A DNA stretch of 64,000 nt, taken from NCBI RefSeq assembly GCF_026571515.1, contig NW_026861864.1, forward strand, positions 62,001-126,000, in the 5' to 3' direction. Origin of the DNA: Ruditapes philippinarum. Lineage: Eukaryota. The notes under the pieces were generated by a model. That model was not told the origin of the DNA, made no database searches, and saw nothing but the letters and a program-made list of their open reading frames with translations. Both the position numbers and the translations under genes were made by a program. Positions 1-13,375 of the stretch are shown in pieces. Positions within the stretch are counted from its first letter, which is position 1. Each line of letters begins with the position of its first letter.

Positions 1-509
1 TTGATCTGAATGTTTTATGTTTCATGACTTTTGTCATAGTTGTTAGTTTTGTGAGATGGTGTTTTTTTTTCTCGAGTATGTATGGTTTTAAATGAAAAAG
101 GTTTATTGTTTGAAGGATAGATAAGACAATTTCAGATACTACCCCAATTTGTTCAATTGATTCTACGCATTTAACGACAATATCAATTTCATAATAAAGT
201 GTGTTTTCTTTCTTTTTTTTAAAGGTTATGAGAATTTATACAAGTTTATGCAATGGTTTGAGTGATTCCTTTCATCCCATAATGCAGTTCTTTACCTGTG
301 AAATCCTTGAGAATTTTTTTTATATGTGTTCACATATATATTTTCTTCATATTAAAAAAAATGAACAGAAAAAAACATTGTTATTTTTGTTGCATCAACA
401 TTTTTTGATATTCTACACTATTGTCATTATTTTGACAACCTTGTTTTATATTTTTGCTTTCAATAAATCATTTTCTATGATAGCCATGTCTTGTTATGAT
501 GTAGCTTAA

Positions 510-829
510 AGCAGCATGCCTCCAGATTCATGCTAGTGTTCTAGAAAATTTTGAAAATGTTTTCTAAAAGTTAACTATTGTGAAGTGAACAAAGAATGTA
601 TTTTATACACTGCAAGCAGCACTAACAATCCATGTTATACCCAAAACAGTTAAAAAATACGCAAAAAATAGCCCTTACTGTGTTAGTCACACAATAGAAT
701 TGTGTTAATAAATCCTGCCAAATTAGTCAACTTGTGACTAATCATTTAAATCTTGAATCTTTTCTTAAAATATTTTTTCTCAAGTTTGATTTTCTTGAAA
801 TAGATTGGCTCATCTGGAGGTATGCAGCT
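510..829. mobile_element. TTAA-flanked non-autonomous DNA transposon (Kolobok-like), family A
   Basis: TTAA at 506-509 and 830-833. TIRs AGCAGCATGCCTCCAGAT / ATCTGGAGGTATGCAGCT. Confidence 0.7.
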
Positions 830-2404
830 TTAACAATTAACTGAATGATTTAATTTGAAAATCCAAGAGTAAAATGGTTGAGAGGGCAATAGATAGTTCT
901 TGCACAAATGCTAAAAAAGAAAATAGTAACGTGTAAAATCGTACAACCAACAAAGATGAGTAAATGAGCGCTTGCATTGTTCAATAAGTACTAGATGTAA
1001 AGTTAAGTTGAAAGAAGTCGATAGTGCTAGAAAGATATAAAGGCAGTAGTAAGAACAGTAAGCTGAAAGAAGACAATATTGTTACAGTTGAGTACACACC
1101 TTTAGTCATAAAGAAATACAACCTCTGACAGTTGTCCGGGAATTGATTCTTTGGCCCATTGCTTATTAAGAAACTCTAAGAACAGTAAGAAAATTCACAA
1201 AAATATTGACGAGGATAATAAGAGCAGTTAACCCAATAGAAGTCAAAGTTAGAAGGCAGTCATTAAGAAGGCATCAGTAAAACATGTTAAGGTGGCAATA
1301 AGGACGAAGGCTGGAGTAACGCAAACATTTAAGGGGGTGGTAAGTACAGTTTGGGACAAGTAAACCATAAAGAAGTAGATGTAACGTAAGATGTGGGGGG
1401 ATAACAATTATTGGCAGTAAATATGGCAGATTAGAATGAGGACAGTAAGGCGTAAAGACAGTAGTGCCCAATAAAGTGAACAATAGGAACAGAAAGTCGT
1501 AAAATAAGGAGTACCTAATAGTAACTAAAAGATGTAAAAGGATGTAAAGAGGTAAATCGATTAAATATTTTGGTGAATGCAAGTCATTTTCACAACTGGA
1601 CTTGTACCTATTGTCAATAATTCCCTATAATTGCGGATTTTTGTTTTACGAGTATCTTAAAACCCAAAATAATAACCATCAAGTTGACCAAGTCAAGTGG
1701 TTCTAATCATCCCCAACATGTTGGGGTTTACACTTAAAGCTGCTTTTTATATTCAAAACTCATTGTAAAGATTTTTGATAGCCAATTGTTGTATTTCTGG
1801 TATGGTAAGATATCAGTACTTTATATAAACCATTAGATTATCAATTACTGTTAGTGTAGGATCAAAACTTGTCAATATATAAATGTAGGTGCTTTGGAAG
1901 TCCACTTTCAGTTTCAGCTGGTTATCTATTGATGGCACGTAAAGCAATACGAACGACTTCTGGGAACTTGCGAATGAGTAAAATGTGAACACGGCTATAT
2001 TTTTTTTTATCTTTTTTTAGCTAAGGTGTCTGCCTCTTAACCAATGGATAATTGGTTGAAGACCCACACGGGTAACGATTCTTCATATGACATCATAAAG
2101 CTAGTTCCCGGGAGTGGACCCTCAAGTGATTAATATAAGTTGCAAGAACTTGTTTCGCGATCGAGCTTAAATTCATATGTTCCAACCAAACTCATTAAGC
2201 TCAAACACAAGATCTTTTAATCAGTATGTAAAGAGGTTAGTGGTGACATCAAATTAACATTACTTATATACCTTCATATAAAAAACTATAACAATATGCT
2301 ATCATTCTAATATTTTATATAAAAATCAAAGTAACAAATACAAAAAAAGTGGACAAATTTCATTCACATGTAAAAAAAAACAAGACATGTAAACACCAAG
2401 TCGA

Positions 2405-2835
2405 TCAAGGATTGTTCGTACATCCCGAACGGTCCTGTACTTTGAAATTACTGGTATCTATTCCGAAAGCTTTAGCCTCGTTGAACAGTTTGGTTTTAAC
2501 CTCCTCCGTTATATTAGGTTGTCTGGTGAGAATCCATGCAAACTCGTAGTGGGTTATACCCAATACTCCACTGCACGAGTAAATAAAGGTATAATTGTCG
2601 TAGTCTGTGTCAAGAACCCAGTAATTACCGTAGGGAGCCACTGAAATGACAGATCAATCAATCAATAAAGGTTTAATGCGTACAATCAAGTACATTGCAG
2701 TTCTTATCAATAAGCAAACATTTCCAACGTAATTAATGCTATTATAAATTACACACGTTGAGACAACCACTTTAGCAAGGTCAAATCAGACTCGAAGTTG
2801 GTGCGCATTTTTAATTAATTATTTAATTAATTAAT

Positions 2836-2870
<35 letters not shown>

Positions 2871-4741
2871 TTTTTCTATCCATTTATTTTTTTTCTATCT
2901 ATTTATTTTTCTATCTATTTATTTATTACATGGAAATCTCTTGATTCAATATCTAAAACAGAAAATGTTAACATTTGAAGAGATTAACAAGATAATTTCG
3001 TTTGTAAACGGATGCTACACAAAATCATTGACGTTATATTAACGACAAGTCCAAGTATTTTGTAGGATATGGAAAAAATAGGGCAACGAACAATGAAATT
3101 ACAACCCCCTCCCAAATGAACTGTTCCCAACTTTACTCAGTGTGAATGATACAAACAATATACTTACATGATGAGAATCTCAGTTTAAGTTTGGCGGGGT
3201 TGTTTACGGCATCAGGGACAAAAGCGTCACCAACAGCTTGAATGGCTTTTCCGTCCCTGCAATCAGAACATCACATTCTCTTACTAAGTCATTCGATAAA
3301 TGGTTTTATAAACACATGCTATAAAATGATTCTTCTATATTCAAATGAAGAATTAGACTTATACATTTTTCTCGATATGAGTTAAATTAAAAGAAATTAT
3401 AATGTACGTTTTATTCAACCACCAGCTAGTATCACACATACTGTTTTCAAATCGTTACAAATGTAATTAGAAGAAGATTTCACAAGTTTATATAAAGTAA
3501 CATGAAAAAAATATTCATACTTGAATCCACTGTTGACAATTTTGATGTGGCCATCAGGCTTCAGTTCATAATGGGCTTTAGCACATGACTGACCGCTCTC
3601 GAAGGCCGCGTAGAATTTGTACACTTCGTACCAGTCCCCTAAATACTGTAAAAAAAAATGAGCCGCGTCATGACAAAACCAACATAATGGGTTTGCGACC
3701 AGCATGGATCCAGATCAGCCTGCGCATCCACGCAGTCTGATCAGGATCCATGCTGTTCGCTTACCAACCATATTACATGTAGAGAAACTGATAGCGAAAA
3801 GCACGGATCCTGATCTATGCTGGTCGCAAACGCACTATGTTGTTTTGGCGTGACGCGGCTCAAATCAAGTCTATGCTTTGTCCAAGAATCGTCTTTTCGG
3901 TTGGGTTCTACGTCGCATCAATACAGTATAGACCATATGCGACTTGCCAGTTTTACTGATGGAGGAAGACCTAAGGTGACCTTTCATGCATTATTTCAGG
4001 CACGAACAGAAAGTAGAACCAACGACATTTGGTAATCTAGCTGGATAGCTTCTTCACATAAAATAATCCAATGTCACTGTCGGGATTCGAACCCATAGCG
4101 GTGAACTTAACTAAGGACGCCCTGAACACATCGTATTTTAAAGGCCAATTATGCCAAAGTTTGCTTACAATTTCATTTTTCAAAAGCTTTTCATATTTAA
4201 TATCCCGTTCTAGTTTTCAAATAATTACTTAATTACTGACCAGCTTTTGCTAATGTTTTTTTTAACAATTTATACGATTATAGTGATCTAATATATATGG
4301 AAGTCAAATACTATTTTGTTTATATTTTGCTACATTTATGACAAATAATTTCACATTCAGCGTTTTTTCTTCTGAAAAAAAAACACATTAAACATACTTT
4401 TAAACCTTGATTTTGACGTTAAAAGCTCGTGTTTGCCCTTTCTTATGAACGACAATTGATTCGTTTCTGAGACATAATGTGCTGTTAATAATTATTGTCG
4501 TAAAAATAATCCAAAACATATTAAAATACAAAAAACAACAACCTATGTCACGGTGCCATCACTTTATTTTTAACCAATGAGGAAAAAGTATTAATGTATT
4601 AGGAATATCGCTAAACTGACTTACCCTATTTAAAGTGAAATTCTTTTGTGCGTTAACATTTGGGCATCCTCCAGATGAAAACACTTGCGCACTGGAGTAA
4701 CCGGCAAACAAGAGCAAGCAAGCAAACTGTACGGCGTTCAT
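2405..4741 (-). CDS. APOD: Apolipoprotein D-like lipocalin 1 (4 exons, 188 aa, secreted)
   Basis: Exons 4741-4625, 3645-3521, 3256-3168 and 2640-2405, all GT-AG with consistent phases 0/2/1. Protein MNAVQFACLLLFAGYSSAQVFSSGGCPNV...YLGDWYEV...PAKLKLRF...YWVLDTDYDNY...AWILTR...GC. It has a signal peptide, the lipocalin motifs GxWY, TDY and WILxR, and four ApoD-type Cys. Confidence 0.93.
3660..3861. mobile_element. Palindromic MITE with GAG..CTC ends and AAAT target duplication (Sola-like), internally deleted copy
   Basis: AAAT|GAGCCGCGTCATGACAAAACCAACATAATG...GTGACGCGGCTC|AAAT. Same family as 31778-32012. Confidence 0.75.
3895..4122 (-). mobile_element. tRNA-derived SINE (Meta/MESC-like core)
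   Basis: B-box GGTTCGAATCCC on the minus strand. Core GTGCCTGAAATAATGCA...GGTCTTCCTCCA shared with the other copies. Confidence 0.7.
4140..4490. mobile_element. TTAA-flanked element, family B (in ApoD1 intron 1)
   Basis: TTAAAGGCCAATTATGCC...AATGTGCTGTTAA. The internal ATTTTGCTAC.TTTATGA block is shared with 48695-49051. Confidence 0.5.
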
Positions 4742-4786
4742 TGTGATGAGTGTTGTACTGAAGTGATTGCAGCTAGAGTGCGACAT

Positions 4787-4793
4787 TTTTATA
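4787..4793 (-). promoter_or_regulatory. TATA box of ApoD-like 1
   Basis: TATAAAA on the minus strand about 46 nt upstream of the ATG at 4741. Confidence 0.5.
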
Positions 4794-5619
4794 AGAACGA
4801 CGTGTTTCGTAACCATTCCCTGGTAAACAAAACAAAAAACTGTCACACTTACACCTCTCATCTTTACTTAGGCACTAAGTTGGGAGAAGCTAAAATTGAA
4901 ATTAAAATTTCATAGCATGGTTATGTACCTGATCATTTGTTAATAATCTATGTAAAGTTTATATGGCCCGACTACCTTGATCTAAGATTCTTGGCAGAAG
5001 TATTTTTACTACAATACTAATAAATTGGAGGAACACACATCGTCACAAGGTCGGGTTTGACTATCATAATTTATTCCATTAGTTTCGGTTACCAATACCC
5101 TTCATAAGGACTTCAAATATAACGTTTGTTTTTTTTTTGTTTAAGGAAATTAAAAGGAAATGCTAAAATAAATAGGCTTATGAAAGATACATTGTGTATT
5201 TCATACGTGTTTGTCAATGACTCGTCGCAAACTTATTTTTTGATCACTTTTCAATTTTCGGTCTAAAATTTTCAAACTAAGAAAAATGAATAACCAAAAT
5301 GTTTTGATTAACCACTGTTCATATTATATTACTATTGAATACCAATTATTACAACTAATTAAACCGATCATAGATTCCATTTATAATTATAGCAGATCAT
5401 GTTTAAAACTGAAATACAATGTATACATTTTTCATCTTATCAACTCATCTTAAATACATATGTACTTTTATTGTTAGATATATAACATGTCTTCCATATT
5501 TACTTTTAATTATAAAATGGACAAACTTTAATATGTGGTCAACATATGAAACACAGAACATAATTCAACGCCAAAGACGAAATTTGAACCCACTTTGCTA
5601 AAAAGCAAGCGATTCGAAA

Positions 5620-6388
5620 TCAAAAGCTCTGAATCGAGCTACATTGGAAGTCAATAGCTCTGAATCGTGCTACATTTAAAGTCAACAACTCTTAATCGAC
5701 CTACGCTTGAACAAAGCATCTCTTAATCGAGCTATATGTACATTTGCAACCAATAGTTCTGACTTGAGCTACACTTGAAGTCAATAGCTCTTAACCGAGC
5801 TACACTTGAAGCTTATAGGGCTAAATCGAGCTACATTTGAAGCCAATAGCTCTGATTTGAGCTACACTTGAAGTAAAAAGCTCTTAATGGAGATATCGAG
5901 CTACACTTGAAGTCAATAGCGCTAGATCGAGCTACACTTGAAGCTAATAGGGCTGAATTGAGCTATACTTGAAGCCAATAGCTACTGAATCGAGTTACAC
6001 TTGAATCCAATAGCTCTGAATAGAGCTACACTTAAAACCAATAGCTACTGAATCGAGCTATACTTGAAGTCAATAGCTGAGCTATACTTGAAGCAAATAG
6101 CTACTGAATCAAGCTACACTTGAAGCTTATAGCTCTGAATCGAGCTACACTTGAAGCCAATAGCTCTGAATCAAAATAGGCTTAGAGCCAATAGCTCTGA
6201 ATGGAGCTAAAATGAGGCTAAAATCTCTGAATCAGCCAATTGCTCTGAATCGAGAGCTACATTTGAAGCCAGTAGCTCTGACATGAACTACATTTAAAGC
6301 CAATAGCTCTGACTTGAGCTACACTCGAAGCAAGCAGCTCTGAATCGAGCTACATTTGGAACAAATATCTGTGAATCGAGCTACACCG
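5620..6388. repeat. About 31-bp tandem repeat (GAAGCCAATAGCTCTGAATCGAGCTACACTT)
   Basis: About 24 imperfect units between the divergent ApoD1 and ApoD2 start codons. Confidence 0.9.
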
Positions 6389-6716
6389 TTATGATCAGTC
6401 CACTTTGAATATCTTTCGAGTGGTCAAAGTAGCACCGACAGTTATACTCGTATATACTTGATATTCGACGGCCCTATCTTTTGTTATAAACTATACAACA
6501 GGTTATTCAAATATTGTTAATTTTAGGACAACTGACCACTGGTTTGTAGATTATCTATCACATGGAACAAAATGTGAGTCAAATGATAACGACTTTAGAG
6601 TTTTAACTATTTCTGCCACATGTGTATTTTTGTTACCTAAACTTATATAGATAACTTAGAGAATTTTAGAACATTGGAACATAATTTTATCTCTGGCCGC
6701 ACTACAATACACCAAA

Positions 6717-9284
6717 ATGGCGCTGATGAAATTTGCTGCTTTTATTCTAACTTTAAGCATTGCTTACACACAGGAAGTACACTTTGGAAAATGCAAAAAT
6801 TTTACAACGCAACCAAACTTTGATGTTAAAAGGGTACGTTTTCTATAGAAATATGCTAAACTTACTTACATTTAGGATAAAAGTTTATGTAATTTTAAAA
6901 ACTGTCACCTCAGTCGGAAACGGGGTCAAATTTAGTCACAACCTGACTAAAGTTCAGATCTATACTTAAGTAACTTCTGGTCTATGTAGGAGCTGATTTT
7001 AATCAAATTGATTAAGTCAAAAGTGACGAATATTTGCCCAAAGTTATTCGTTAAGTAGTCAATCTTCTGTTTTTTTCCATTCTTTTATAGTATAAACCTA
7101 TATATGTATATAGTCAAGTATTTAGTGAATTTGATTATATGAGTGGTGTCATGATCCGGTCTAGATAAGAAAAATAAAAAAATGAAATAATTCGTAACAA
7201 TGCCAACATGTTTAGAAATGTGACCGATGACTTCATTTGGCCTAAACAAATATTTGTATACTTCATTTTGCATTGACTACAACCCAGCCATTAATGCATA
7301 CAGGATTTATGCTTGCAGTGAAATAATATATGTTTATGAAAGGCAGGAAACTAATACATAGACAAGTCATACGAAAAAGTTATCATACTTACTTATAAAT
7401 GAAAGAAATCATACTTTTATTCGTAAATGGAAGAAAATCAACCTTACTTATGAATAGAAAAATAATCATACTTACTTAATAATAGAAGAAGAAATCATAC
7501 TTGCTTATAAAAAGAAGAAATCATATTTACTTATAAATGGAAGAAATTATAATCACTTCTAAATGAACAAAATCATACTTATCAATGGAAGAAAACATCC
7601 TTTCTTATAAATGAGAGAATTCATCATAATTTCTTATAAATGAAATACATCATACTTATAAATGGAAGAAATTTATCTTTTTATAAATGAAATAAATCAT
7701 ACTTACAAAATGGAAGGAATCATATTTATAAATGGTAGAAATAAATGGAAAAAATCATACTTACTTATAAATGAATGAAATCATACTTATGAATGGAAGA
7801 AATCATACTTTCTTATAAATGGAATAAATCATACGTACAAAATGGAAGGAATCATATTTATAAATGGGAGAAAACATATTTACTTATAAATAGAAGAAAT
7901 TATACTTATAAATGGAAGAAATCATGCATACTTATAAATGGAAGAAGTTATAAATATTTTTACAGTATGCGGGAGGCTGGTATGACATAGAGAAGACTTA
8001 TTTTGCTGGTCAGATGAACAAATCTTGTGTCAAAGCTGAGTACTCTTTGAGAGATGACGGTAAAATAGACGTGCTAAACCAAGATTACACGTGCGTATAT
8101 ACCATGTACACTATAATTACAAAGTTATTCTTTATATTTTAGATGCTCAAAAATAAGATTTTTTTGGAATAAAAATTGACGGCGTTTTGAATTCATTCCC
8201 TATTCAAACATATTTAATATATATTAAGCATAATTATTAATTCCGATTTTTCTAATTTTCGTTTTCCTATTCAATTCAGTATGTTCATTTTTATCTCTTT
8301 GTTCAAATACATTATTTTTGTTTTATAAAAAATTCTTTTTATGATATAAAGACCTTTTCAATTAATTCTATTTTAATCACGTGGCTGTAAATTATTATTA
8401 GAGGATATTTGTTAATTTAATATTTTATGCTTTCTTTTCACTCAATAGGGCAGAATTACACGAAGAAAATACGACAGGAATTGCATTTTACAAAGATCCA
8501 AACGTTAAGTCCAAGTTAACTGTCAAACTGGGAAGTGAGTATAAATTATTTCTTTGAAAATTTAAAGGCCCATTATGGCAAGCAATTCAGATTTAAAGTT
8601 TCATTTCTCATTTTAGGGAGGGGAGGGGCATAAGAAAATGATATAATAATGGACGGTTTTATATGGGACGGCTTTTTAATATCATGTCATTCCCAAGTAT
8701 TTTTATTTATCATTATTTTGTTATGCTATATTCCGTCTAGGCCAGTTATTGCTTTCTGCGTAACCATAATAGCGGAGTTGTACAGTTATATACTCTGTTT
8801 GGTTTTACGGCGCACCAACACAGATTAGGTCATATGGCGCCGAAACAAGAAAGATAATTTTGGCTAACCTCGGGAGATGCATAGTCTCCAATAATTCGAA
8901 CTCATTCAGTCGCCTCTTACGATCACGCAGGGTTAAACGCTGGCTGCAATAGTGATTCCTGAGTCCGTACAGGCAACCCCTCAGCCACAGGGGGGCGTTA
9001 TGGACTCTTTTCATTATTTATTTTATTATCATTTTATTTTAATTTTAGCATCTCCAGAAGCAAATTACTGGATCGTTGAGACAGATTATGACACATATGC
9101 TTTAATTTGGTCCTGCGCTGAGCTCGAGGGCATCGCACACGCTGATATTGGTTGGATACTTGGCCGAAAACAAAGACTTGACGAAAATCTCATAACGAGG
9201 CTAAAACAGAAGTTGACAAGCCTCGGTTTGAATTATGAAAAGTTCTACAGAACTAAACAACCTCTGGATACATGTCCATGGTAG
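6717..9284 (+). CDS. APOD: Apolipoprotein D-like lipocalin 2 (4 exons, 187 aa, secreted)
   Basis: Exons 6717-6833, 7966-8090, 8449-8534 and 9049-9284, GT-AG, phases 0/2/1 as in paralog 1. MALMKFAAFILTLSIAYTQEVHFGKC...YAGGWYDIEK...KSKLTVKLG...YWIVETDYDTY...GWILGR...DTCPW. AATAAA at 9313-9318. Confidence 0.92.
7365..7950. repeat. Degenerate 22-27-bp tandem repeat (ATCATACTTATAAATGGAAGAA)
   Basis: Fills the 3' half of ApoD2 intron 1 up to about 15 nt from the acceptor. Confidence 0.85.
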
Positions 9285-9409
9285 TTGTAATGAAATAATT
9301 GTAAATGTGAGAAATAAATGTAACAATCACACAAATATGATATTGTTTTATATTACTATCCCCATTATCCATCTTCGTCCATGTGTCTTTGAGTTGATAA
9401 TGCAGGTTC

Positions 9410-10960
9410 CTTTGTCTATGAGACGATCATTTAGGTCCCTATATGTCTATGGAATGACCATTTAGGTCAATATGTCTATGAGATGACCATTTAAGTCCCT
9501 ATGTCTATGGAATGACCATTTAGGTTAATATGTCTATGAGATGACCATTTAGGTCCCTATGTCTATGCGATGACCATTTAGGTCCCTATGTCTATGAGAT
9601 GACCATTCAGGTTCCTATGTCTATGAGATGACCATTTAGGTCCCTATGTCTATGAGATGACCATTTAGGTCCATATGTCTATTATATTCAGGTCCATATG
9701 TCTATGAGATAACCATTTAGGTCCCTATGTCTATGAGATGACCATTTAGGTCCATATGTCTATGAGATTCAGGTCAATATGTCTATGAGATGACCATTAA
9801 GGTCCATATGTCTATGAGATGACCATTAAGGTCCATATGTCTATGAGATGACCATTTAGGTCCCTATGTCTATGAGATGACCATTTAGGTCCATATGTCT
9901 ATGAGATGACCATTTAGGTCCATATGTCTATGAGATGACCATTTAGGTCCATATGTCTATGAGATGACCATTTAGGTCCATATGTCTATGAGATGACCAT
10001 TTAGGTCCATATGTCTATGAGATGACCATTTAGGTCCCTATGTCTATGAGATGACCATTTAGGTCCATATGCCTATGAGATTCAGGTCCATTTGTCTATG
10101 AGATGACCATTTAGGTCCATATGTCTATGAGATGACCATTTAGGTCCATATGTCTATGAGATGACCATTAAGGCCCCTATGTCTATGAGATGACCATTTA
10201 GGCCTCTATGTCTTTGCTATGACCATTTAGGTCCATATGTCTATGAGATGACAATTTAGGTCCATATGTCTATAAAATGACCATTTAGGTCCATATGTCT
10301 ATGCGATGACAATTAAGGTCCATATGTCTATATGGGATGACCATTTAGGTCCATATGTCTATGAGATGACCATTTAGGTCCATATGTCAATGCGATGACC
10401 ATTGAGATCCATATGTCTATGAGATGAACATTTAGGTCCCTATGTCTATGGAATGACCATTTAGGTCAAAATGTCTATGGAATGGCCATTTAGGTCCATA
10501 TGTCTATGAGATGATCATTAAGGTCCATATGCCTATAAGATGACCATTTAGGTCCCTATTTCTATGGAATGACCATTTAGGTCAATATTTCTATGAGATG
10601 ACCATTTAAGTCCCTATGTCTATTGAATGACCATTTAGGACAATATGTCTATGAGATGACCATGTAGGTCCAAATGTCTATGAGATTCACGTCCATATGT
10701 CTATGAGATGACCATTTAGGTCCCTATGTCTATGGAATGACCATTTAGGTCAATATGTCTATGAGATGACCATGTAGGTCCAAATGTCTATGAGATTCAC
10801 GTCCATAGGTCTATGAGATGAGCATTTAGGTCCCTATGTCTATGGAATAACTATTTAGGTCAATATGTCTATGGAATGACCATTTAGGTCAATATGTATA
10901 AGTGATTCAGGTCCATATGTCTATGAGATGACCATTCACGTCCATATGTCTATATGAGAT
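9410..10960. repeat. 29-bp satellite (ATGTCTATGAGATGACCATTTAGGTCCAT)
   Basis: More than 50 units, with occasional 23-bp deletion variants. Confidence 0.95.
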
Positions 10961-11149
10961 TAACATTCTATGAGATTATTATACATGTATACATTTGCCC
11001 AATGGAGCAGACGTCCAATTAATTTCAAAGTGAAAACTCGAACTAGTATATAGTAAAATCGGTGTTGAAGACCATCTCCAAATAAAGACTACTATGTAAA
11101 TCAAGACCACTCTTCAACAACATGCCACTGATTAAATAGAACAAAGTAA

Positions 11150-11303
11150 NNNNNNNNNNNNNNNNNNNNNNNNNNNNNNNNNNNNNNNNNNNNNNNNNNN
11201 NNNNNNNNNNNNNNNNNNNNNNNNNNNNNNNNNNNNNNNNNNNNNNNNNNNNNNNNNNNNNNNNNNNNNNNNNNNNNNNNNNNNNNNNNNNNNNNNNNNN
11301 NNN
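11150..11303. other. Assembly gap (154 N)
   Basis: Run of N. Confidence 1.
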
Positions 11304-12177
11304 TTTTCCGTATGGAAGCAACGTTGTCATGCTCACGAATGATCGTGAAAAGTAAACATTTTCCTGGATTTTTTTTTAAAATCTGAAGTTTAAACTGGTA
11401 TAATTTCTTACCTACTTAGCAGCCGTGTGTAAGAAAATAAGTTTATTATTATGATGTTCTGTTTAATTAATAATCTTGTTGCTCGTTTCTACCGTAAAGC
11501 ATAATTTTTGCACAATTACAGCGTTATTTTTACATTCTTGTATTAAGGACATGCACGGTGTATATTTTAACCCGAGTCATGTCTTTTCAAGCTTCACTGT
11601 TTATATACAAATATATACAAAGGATATGTGCAATGAATGTAGATTATATGAATATCGAGACAAAACCATGGATGTCGCCAGTGCGGAATGTAATCTGCAT
11701 GACAATGACAGAATACATTTGCCACATTTTAACGAATATTTAAATATCTTGAAAACACATATACTAGTATGTGAAATAAGCATTAATACATGTATAACAT
11801 TTAAGGTAGAATTAAATCCCCGCTTGTCTTAAATTTATTTGGATTAGTTTTAGTTAAGGGCATCACAGAAATGTGATACTTTATAATTCTAGAAATTTAG
11901 ATTTTCTAAAAAAAAACAAATGAAACAATTATTATTATAGATGTACCATGTATAGACGTAAATATGTACATTATTGTCGTATGAACAAGTTACAATACAT
12001 AAATAACCCGTTTTTTGTATATTTGGTATGATTTTTATGTTTCCACGTGTGTATTTTAAGGCACCGCACAACTTTGTCAATCATAAGATTAGGGCACCGC
12101 ATTATTCCTCCTTAAAATCACCGCATTTTTCTGTCTTTTTAGCACCGTTGATTTTTTATATTAATGTTTGCTTTCAG

Positions 12178-13375
12178 AAAAAGAAGACGTTCAAACCTAT
12201 GTCTGAACAAGCCAAAGCAACGTGCGAAATTGGCAAAGCTGCAGATACTGCAGCAACTGGAGAGCCCCCAACTAAGTCTTCTGATATCAGCAGTACGCCA
12301 ATGGATCAGCGCCTCCTTGTATTTCAGGACTATATGCGTAACGCACCACATAAGAAAAAGAATATGAAGTCAAACTTTCGCAAAAGATTGTTTAAAAAAA
12401 GCACATTGGAGACGATGACTGAAGAGATTATGGAAATATTGCCCGGGTTCCTGCAAAAACTACACCATGAAAATTTGTGTTATGACTTTTGCAACTTTAT
12501 CAAATTAGTATGCAATAAGAAATTCCCATTAAGGTATTAGGACCCTAATGGGCACTATCAGGAACTAAAAAATTGACATCATAGGTCAGATGTATACCTT
12601 AAAGTACACCTGTATGCAAAATTTAAACAAAGTTTACCGTACGGAAATCAAGTTATGGCCACTTTTCTGAACTCAAGCTAGGATGTTATGAGGGCCCTTT
12701 TTTAGAAATGAGGAACCTTTAAATAATCTGCAATAACATTCTAATGAAAAATGTTTTCCCATTAATTTTTGGTAAGAAACAAATAGTACCATTCAGCTAA
12801 CAATCCACATAAGCAAAATTATGGTTTCTACTTAAAATTTATGAAATCTGTATAAAAATGTTACCCTACCCCACCCATTTTTACCACGTGTCTGACCATT
12901 TTTCTACTTAGGGAGCCTAATTTAAAAAATTCTTAAAATTTACTCAAATGAGTGCCTGTTTTCAAAGTTTCCCTAAATTTTTAAAAAAGTATATTGGTTG
13001 ATCTTGTAAAATATGAAATACTTTTACCGTCTAGTTTTGATTATATTACACTTTGAAAATATCAGGTACCATATTTATTACTAGATTTAGCATAATTTAG
13101 CCAATAAATACCTATATAAATTAAAAAATCAAAATTAAACACTTTTTTCTTTCCAAATGGGACATGAGAGATACATAAATAATGTTAAAAGAAAAAAAGA
13201 AAGAAAAAAAAAGTTGACCCTTCTGGGGATTGAACCCATGGCCCTCATTTTCAATGTAGTTAACAGTAGTTCTAGCCTACTGTATTTGAATACTCTTCAA
13301 AGCGGAGGTAATGCATTAGGGTGCTAATACATTAACAAATAGTTCATTCCTTTTGTTTCTCGATGTTGTTTGATG
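12178..13375 (+). pseudogene. Degenerate coding exon (probably transposon-associated) split by a TTAA insertion
   Basis: Acceptor TTTCAG at 12172-12177. The frame is open to KKFP at 12528. After removing 12533-13335 it continues LTNSSFLLFLDVV and then hits two TGA codons. Family not identified. Confidence 0.5.
12533..13331. mobile_element. TTAA-flanked Kolobok-like non-autonomous element (about 800 bp)
   Basis: TTAA target duplication at 12529-12532 and 13332-13335. TIRs GGTATTAGGACCCTAATG / CATTAGGGTGCTAATACA. Confidence 0.75.

Noticed and set aside
900-1600. Purine-skewed stretch with a 102-aa minus-strand ORF
   Set aside because: No motif or splice structure; looks like decayed low-complexity or low-quality sequence.
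9410-10960. CRISPR-like array
   Set aside because: Head-to-tail units without unique spacers, in a eukaryotic context.
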